Assembly (NCBI GenBank): GCA_964019335.1
Contig: OZ025759.1
Location: 144,001 to 208,000, forward strand
Source: Diplonema japonicum
Lineage: Eukaryota > Protista > Euglenozoa: Diplonemea
Direction: 5' to 3'
DNA: 64,000 nt
The notes under the pieces are model-generated. The model saw only the letters and a list, made by a program, of their open reading frames with translations. It made no database searches and was not told the DNA's origin. Shown in pieces: positions 57,058 to 64,000 of this stretch. The position numbers and the translations under genes are program-made. Every line of letters begins with the position of its first letter. Position 1 is the first letter of the stretch.

Positions 57058-60000
57058 GCAAATTTTTTGTTTTGACCACCCGGCGTTAAATCGCATTTTT
57101 TTTTATTTTTGGACAAGGGGTCGACCCGCAAACCCGCAATTTTTTGTTTTGACCACCCGGCGTTAAATCGCATTTTTTTTTATTTTTGGACAAGGGGTCG
57201 ACCCGCAAACCCGCAATTTTTTGTTTTGACCACCCGGCGTTAAATCGCATTTTTTTTTATTTTTGGACAAGGGGTCGACCCGCAAACCCGCAATTTTTTG
57301 TTTTGACCACCCGGCGTTAAATCGCATTTTTTTTTATTTTTGGACAAGGGGTCGACCCGCAAACCCGCAATTTTTTGTTTTGACCACCCGGCGTTAAATC
57401 GCATTTTTTTTTATTTTTGGACAAGGGGTCGACCCGCAAACCCGCAATTTTTTGTTTTGACCACCCGGCGTTAAATCGCATTTTTTTTTATTTTTGGACA
57501 AGGGGTCGACCCGCAAACCCGCAATTTTTTGTTTTGACCACCCGGCGTTAAATCGCATTTTTTTTTATTTTTGGACAAGGGGTCGACCCGCAAACCCGCA
57601 ATTTTTTGTTTTGACCACCCGGCGTTAAATCGCATTTTTTTTTATTTTTGGACAAGGGGTCGACCCGCAAACCCGCAATTTTTTGTTTTGACCACCCGGC
57701 GTTAAATCGCATTTTTTTTTATTTTTGGACAAGGGGTCGACCCGCAAACCCGCAATTTTTTGTTTTGACCACCCGGCGTTAAATCGCATTTTTTTTTATT
57801 TTTGGACAAGGGGTCGACCCGCAAACCCGCAATTTTTTGTTTTGACCACCCGGCGTTAAATCGCATTTTTTTTTATTTTTGGACAAGGGGTCGACCCGCA
57901 AACCCGCAATTTTTTGTTTTGACCACCCGGCGTTAAATCGCATTTTTTTTTATTTTTGGACAAGGGGTCGACCCGCAAACCCGCAATTTTTTGTTTTGAC
58001 CACCCGGCGTTAAATCGCATTTTTTTTTATTTTTGGACAAGGGGTCGACCCGCAAACCCGCAATTTTTTGTTTTGACCACCCGGCGTTAAATCGCATTTT
58101 TTTTTATTTTTGGACAAGGGGTCGACCCGCAAACCCGCAATTTTTTGTTTTGACCACCCGGCGTTAAATCGCATTTTTTTTTATTTTTGGACAAGGGGTC
58201 GACCCGCAAACCCGCAATTTTTTGTTTTGACCACCCGGCGTTAAATCGCATTTTTTTTTATTTTTGGACAAGGGGTCGACCCGCAAACCCGCAATTTTTT
58301 GTTTTGACCACCCGGCGTTAAATCGCATTTTTTTTTATTTTTGGACAAGGGGTCGACCCGCAAACCCGCAATTTTTTGTTTTGACCACCCGGCGTTAAAT
58401 CGCATTTTTTTTTATTTTTGGACAAGGGGTCGACCCGCAAACCCGCAATTTTTTGTTTTGACCACCCGGCGTTAAATCGCATTTTTTTTTATTTTTGGAC
58501 AAGGGGTCGACCCGCAAACCCGCAATTTTTTGTTTTGACCACCCGGCGTTAAATCGCATTTTTTTTTATTTTTGGACAAGGGGTCGACCCGCAAACCCGC
58601 AATTTTTTGTTTTGACCACCCGGCGTTAAATCGCATTTTTTTTTATTTTTGGACAAGGGGTCGACCCGCAAACCCGCAATTTTTTGTTTTGACCACCCGG
58701 CGTTAAATCGCATTTTTTTTTATTTTTGGACAAGGGGTCGACCCGCAAACCCGCAATTTTTTGTTTTGACCACCCGGCGTTAAATCGCATTTTTTTTTAT
58801 TTTTGGACAAGGGGTCGACCCGCAAACCCGCAATTTTTTGTTTTGACCACCCGGCGTTAAATCGCATTTTTTTTTATTTTTGGACAAGGGGTCGACCCGC
58901 AAACCCGCAATTTTTTGTTTTGACCACCCGGCGTTAAATCGCATTTTTTTTTATTTTTGGACAAGGGGTCGACCCGCAAACCCGCAATTTTTTGTTTTGA
59001 CCACCCGGCGTTAAATCGCATTTTTTTTTATTTTTGGACAAGGGGTCGACCCGCAAACCCGCAATTTTTTGTTTTGACCACCCGGCGTTAAATCGCATTT
59101 TTTTTTATTTTTGGACAAGGGGTCGACCCGCAAACCCGCAATTTTTTGTTTTGACCACCCGGCGTTAAATCGCATTTTTTTTTATTTTTGGACAAGGGGT
59201 CGACCCGCAAACCCGCAATTTTTTGTTTTGACCACCCGGCGTTAAATCGCATTTTTTTTTATTTTTGGACAAGGGGTCGACCCGCAAACCCGCAATTTTT
59301 TGTTTTGACCACCCGGCGTTAAATCGCATTTTTTTTTATTTTTGGACAAGGGGTCGACCCGCAAACCCGCAATTTTTTGTTTTGACCACCCGGCGTTAAA
59401 TCGCATTTTTTTTTATTTTTGGACAAGGGGTCGACCCGCAAACCCGCAATTTTTTGTTTTGACCACCCGGCGTTAAATCGCATTTTTTTTTATTTTTGGA
59501 CAAGGGGTCGACCCGCAAACCCGCAATTTTTTGTTTTGACCACCCGGCGTTAAATCGCATTTTTTTTTATTTTTGGACAAGGGGTCGACCCGCAAACCCG
59601 CAATTTTTTGTTTTGACCACCCGGCGTTAAATCGCATTTTTTTTTATTTTTGGACAAGGGGTCGACCCGCAAACCCGCAATTTTTTGTTTTGACCACCCG
59701 GCGTTAAATCGCATTTTTTTTTATTTTTGGACAAGGGGTCGACCCGCAAACCCGCAATTTTTTGTTTTGACCACCCGGCGTTAAATCGCATTTTTTTTTA
59801 TTTTTGGACAAGGGGTCGACCCGCAAACCCGCAATTTTTTGTTTTGACCACCCGGCGTTAAATCGCATTTTTTTTTATTTTTGGACAAGGGGTCGACCCG
59901 CAAACCCGCAATTTTTTGTTTTGACCACCCGGCGTTAAATCGCATTTTTTTTTATTTTTGGACAAGGGGTCGACCCGCAAACCCGCAATTTTTTGTTTTG

Positions 60001-63000
60001 ACCACCCGGCGTTAAATCGCATTTTTTTTTATTTTTGGACAAGGGGTCGACCCGCAAACCCGCAATTTTTTGTTTTGACCACCCGGCGTTAAATCGCATT
60101 TTTTTTTATTTTTGGACAAGGGGTCGACCCGCAAACCCGCAATTTTTTGTTTTGACCACCCGGCGTTAAATCGCATTTTTTTTTATTTTTGGACAAGGGG
60201 TCGACCCGCAAACCCGCAATTTTTTGTTTTGACCACCCGGCGTTAAATCGCATTTTTTTTTATTTTTGGACAAGGGGTCGACCCGCAAACCCGCAATTTT
60301 TTGTTTTGACCACCCGGCGTTAAATCGCATTTTTTTTTATTTTTGGACAAGGGGTCGACCCGCAAACCCGCAATTTTTTGTTTTGACCACCCGGCGTTAA
60401 ATCGCATTTTTTTTTATTTTTGGACAAGGGGTCGACCCGCAAACCCGCAATTTTTTGTTTTGACCACCCGGCGTTAAATCGCATTTTTTTTTATTTTTGG
60501 ACAAGGGGTCGACCCGCAAACCCGCAATTTTTTGTTTTGACCACCCGGCGTTAAATCGCATTTTTTTTTATTTTTGGACAAGGGGTCGACCCGCAAACCC
60601 GCAATTTTTTGTTTTGACCACCCGGCGTTAAATCGCATTTTTTTTTATTTTTGGACAAGGGGTCGACCCGCAAACCCGCAATTTTTTGTTTTGACCACCC
60701 GGCGTTAAATCGCATTTTTTTTTATTTTTGGACAAGGGGTCGACCCGCAAACCCGCAATTTTTTGTTTTGACCACCCGGCGTTAAATCGCATTTTTTTTT
60801 ATTTTTGGACAAGGGGTCGACCCGCAAACCCGCAATTTTTTGTTTTGACCACCCGGCGTTAAATCGCATTTTTTTTTATTTTTGGACAAGGGGTCGACCC
60901 GCAAACCCGCAATTTTTTGTTTTGACCACCCGGCGTTAAATCGCATTTTTTTTTATTTTTGGACAAGGGGTCGACCCGCAAACCCGCAATTTTTTGTTTT
61001 GACCACCCGGCGTTAAATCGCATTTTTTTTTATTTTTGGACAAGGGGTCGGCCCGCAAACCCGCAATTTTTTGTTTTGACCACCCGGCGTTAAATCGCAT
61101 TTTTTTTTATTTTTGGACAAGGGGTCGGCCCGCAAACCCGCAATTTTTTGTTTTGACCACCCGGCGTTAAATCGCATTTTTTTTTATTTTTGGACAAGGG
61201 GTCGACCCGCAAACCCGCAATTTTTTGTTTTGACCACCCGGCGTTAAATCGCATTTTTTTTTATTTTTGGACAAGGGGTCGACCCGCAAACCCGCAATTT
61301 TTTGTTTTGACCACCCGGCGTTAAATCGCATTTTTTTTTATTTTTGGACAAGGGGTCGACCCGCAAACCCGCAATTTTTTGTTTTGACCACCCGGCGTTA
61401 AATCGCATTTTTTTTTATTTTTGGACAAGGGGTCGACCCGCAAACCCGCAATTTTTTGTTTTGACCACCCGGCGTTAAATCGCATTTTTTTTTATTTTTG
61501 GACAAGGGGTCGACCCGCAAACCCGCAATTTTTTGTTTTGACCACCCGGCGTTAAATCGCATTTTTTTTTATTTTTGGACAAGGGGTCGACCCGCAAACC
61601 CGCAATTTTTTGTTTTGACCACCCGGCGTTAAATCGCATTTTTTTTTATTTTTGGACAAGGGGTCGACCCGCAAACCCGCAATTTTTTGTTTTGACCACC
61701 CGGCGTTAAATCGCATTTTTTTTTATTTTTGGACAAGGGGTCGACCCGCAAACCCGCAATTTTTTGTTTTGACCACCCGGCGTTAAATCGCATTTTTTTT
61801 TATTTTTGGACAAGGGGTCGACCCGCAAACCCGCAATTTTTTGTTTTGACCACCCGGCGTTAAATCGCATTTTTTTTTATTTTTGGACAAGGGGTCGACC
61901 CGCAAACCCGCAATTTTTTGTTTTGACCACCCGGCGTTAAATCGCATTTTTTTTTATTTTTGGACAAGGGGTCGACCCGCAAACCCGCAATTTTTTGTTT
62001 TGACCACCCGGCGTTAAATCGCATTTTTTTTTATTTTTGGACAAGGGGTCGACCCGCAAACCCGCAATTTTTTGTTTTGACCACCCGGCGTTAAATCGCA
62101 TTTTTTTTTATTTTTGGACAAGGGGTCGACCCGCAAACCCGCAATTTTTTGTTTTGACCACCCGGCGTTAAATCGCATTTTTTTTTATTTTTGGACAAGG
62201 GGTCGACCCGCAAACCCGCAATTTTTTGTTTTGACCACCCGGCGTTAAATCGCATTTTTTTTTATTTTTGGACAAGGGGTCGACCCGCAAACCCGCAATT
62301 TTTTGTTTTGACCACCCGGCGTTAAATCGCATTTTTTTTTATTTTTGGACAAGGGGTCGACCCGCAAACCCGCAATTTTTTGTTTTGACCACCCGGCGTT
62401 AAATCGCATTTTTTTTTATTTTTGGACAAGGGGTCGACCCGCAAACCCGCAATTTTTTGTTTTGACCACCCGGCGTTAAATCGCATTTTTTTTTATTTTT
62501 GGACAAGGGGTCGACCCGCAAACCCGCAATTTTTTGTTTTGACCACCCGGCGTTAAATCGCATTTTTTTTTATTTTTGGACAAGGGGTCGACCCGCAAAC
62601 CCGCAATTTTTTGTTTTGACCACCCGGCGTTAAATCGCATTTTTTTTTATTTTTGGACAAGGGGTCGACCCGCAAACCCGCAATTTTTTGTTTTGACCAC
62701 CCGGCGTTAAATCGCATTTTTTTTTATTTTTGGACAAGGGGTCGACCCGCAAACCCGCAATTTTTTGTTTTGACCACCCGGCGTTAAATCGCATTTTTTT
62801 TTATTTTTGGACAAGGGGTCGACCCGCAAACCCGCAATTTTTTGTTTTGACCACCCGGCGTTAAATCGCATTTTTTTTTATTTTTGGACAAGGGGTCGAC
62901 CCGCAAACCCGCAATTTTTTGTTTTGACCACCCGGCGTTAAATCGCATTTTTTTTTATTTTTGGACAAGGGGTCGACCCGCAAACCCGCAATTTTTTGTT

Positions 63001-64000
63001 TTGACCACCCGGCGTTAAATCGCATTTTTTTTTATTTTTGGACAAGGGGTCGACCCGCAAACCCGCAATTTTTTGTTTTGACCACCCGGCGTTAAATCGC
63101 ATTTTTTTTTATTTTTGGACAAGGGGTCGACCCGCAAACCCGCAATTTTTTGTTTTGACCACCCGGCGTTAAATCGCATTTTTTTTTATTTTTGGACAAG
63201 GGGTCGACCCGCAAACCCGCAATTTTTTGTTTTGACCACCCGGCGTTAAATCGCATTTTTTTTTATTTTTGGACAAGGGGTCGACCCGCAAACCCGCAAT
63301 TTTTTGTTTTGACCACCCGGCGTTAAATCGCATTTTTTTTTATTTTTGGACAAGGGGTCGACCCGCAAACCCGCAATTTTTTGTTTTGACCACCCGGCGT
63401 TAAATCGCATTTTTTTTTATTTTTGGACAAGGGGTCGACCCGCAAACCCGCAATTTTTTGTTTTGACCACCCGGCGTTAAATCGCATTTTTTTTTATTTT
63501 TGGACAAGGGGTCGACCCGCAAACCCGCAATTTTTTGTTTTGACCACCCGGCGTTAAATCGCATTTTTTTTTATTTTTGGACAAGGGGTCGACCCGCAAA
63601 CCCGCAATTTTTTGTTTTGACCACCCGGCGTTAAATCGCATTTTTTTTTATTTTTGGACAAGGGGTCGACCCGCAAACCCGCAATTTTTTGTTTTGACCA
63701 CCCGGCGTTAAATCGCATTTTTTTTTATTTTTGGACAAGGGGTCGGCCCGCAAACCCGCAATTTTTTGTTTTGACCACCCGGCGTTAAATCGCATTTTTT
63801 TTATTTTTGGACAAGGGGTCGGCCCGCAAACCCGCAATTTTTTGTTTTGACCACCCGGCGTTAAATCGCATTTTTTTTATTTTTGGACAAGGGGTCGACC
63901 CGCAAACCCGCAATTTTTTGTTTTGACCACCCGGCGTTAAATCGCATTTTTTTTTATTTTTGGACAAGGGGTCGACCCGCAAACCCGCAATTTTTTGTTT
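57058..64000. repeat. 77-bp tandem satellite, ~90 near-identical copies, continues past the window end
   Basis: Unit gcaattttttgttttgaccacccggcgttaaatcgcatttttttttatttttggacaaggggtcgacccgcaaaccc (77 nt); the line register recurs after 4620 = 60x77 nt. Confidence 0.98.

Noticed and set aside
57058-64000. CRISPR array, or the short minus-strand ORFs in the repeat
   Set aside because: Units are contiguous and identical with no unique spacers; the ORFs are translations of the satellite.

Overview
Eukaryotic nuclear DNA from a gene-dense protist; the organisation points to a euglenozoan, most plausibly a diplonemid (inference). Bases 1-55607 form one directional cluster of about 25 protein genes, all on the + strand, often separated by <100 bp, with CA-rich ...ACAG acceptor-like motifs shortly before start codons. 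I reconstructed 20 tiny GT-AG introns (mostly 32-45 nt, consensus GTATG...A/C-rich...CAG). They join many split ORFs and reveal an 80-aa gene missing from the ORF track. Recognisable products: EMC6, PPR protein, NAT16-like GNAT, Rad16-like SNF2 helicase with an extra PARP-type zinc finger and ubiquitin-like domain, soluble-type adenylate cyclase/STAND protein, HAD hydrolase, PKD2-like channel, LRR, carrier-like, MORN, a divergent TOR kinase, GH20 hexosaminidase, Sec1-like, Hrd1-like RING ligase and a P450. Two 5'-truncated RNase H-bearing non-LTR retrotransposons, plus a probable decayed third, are stacked upstream of tRNA-Thr(AGT). A ~155-bp repeat, probably derived from the 3' end of such an element, sits behind two unrelated genes. 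From ~57058 to the window end is a near-perfect 77-bp satellite (~90 copies), entered through GAA-loop hairpins and a G-quadruplex motif. I cannot demonstrate a wholly new biological system; the best leads are the satellite junction, the tRNA-proximal retroelement stack, the SIDER-like repeat, a shared uncharacterised Cys motif and the unusual TOR and Rad16 architectures. All assignments are by eye; no searches were run.
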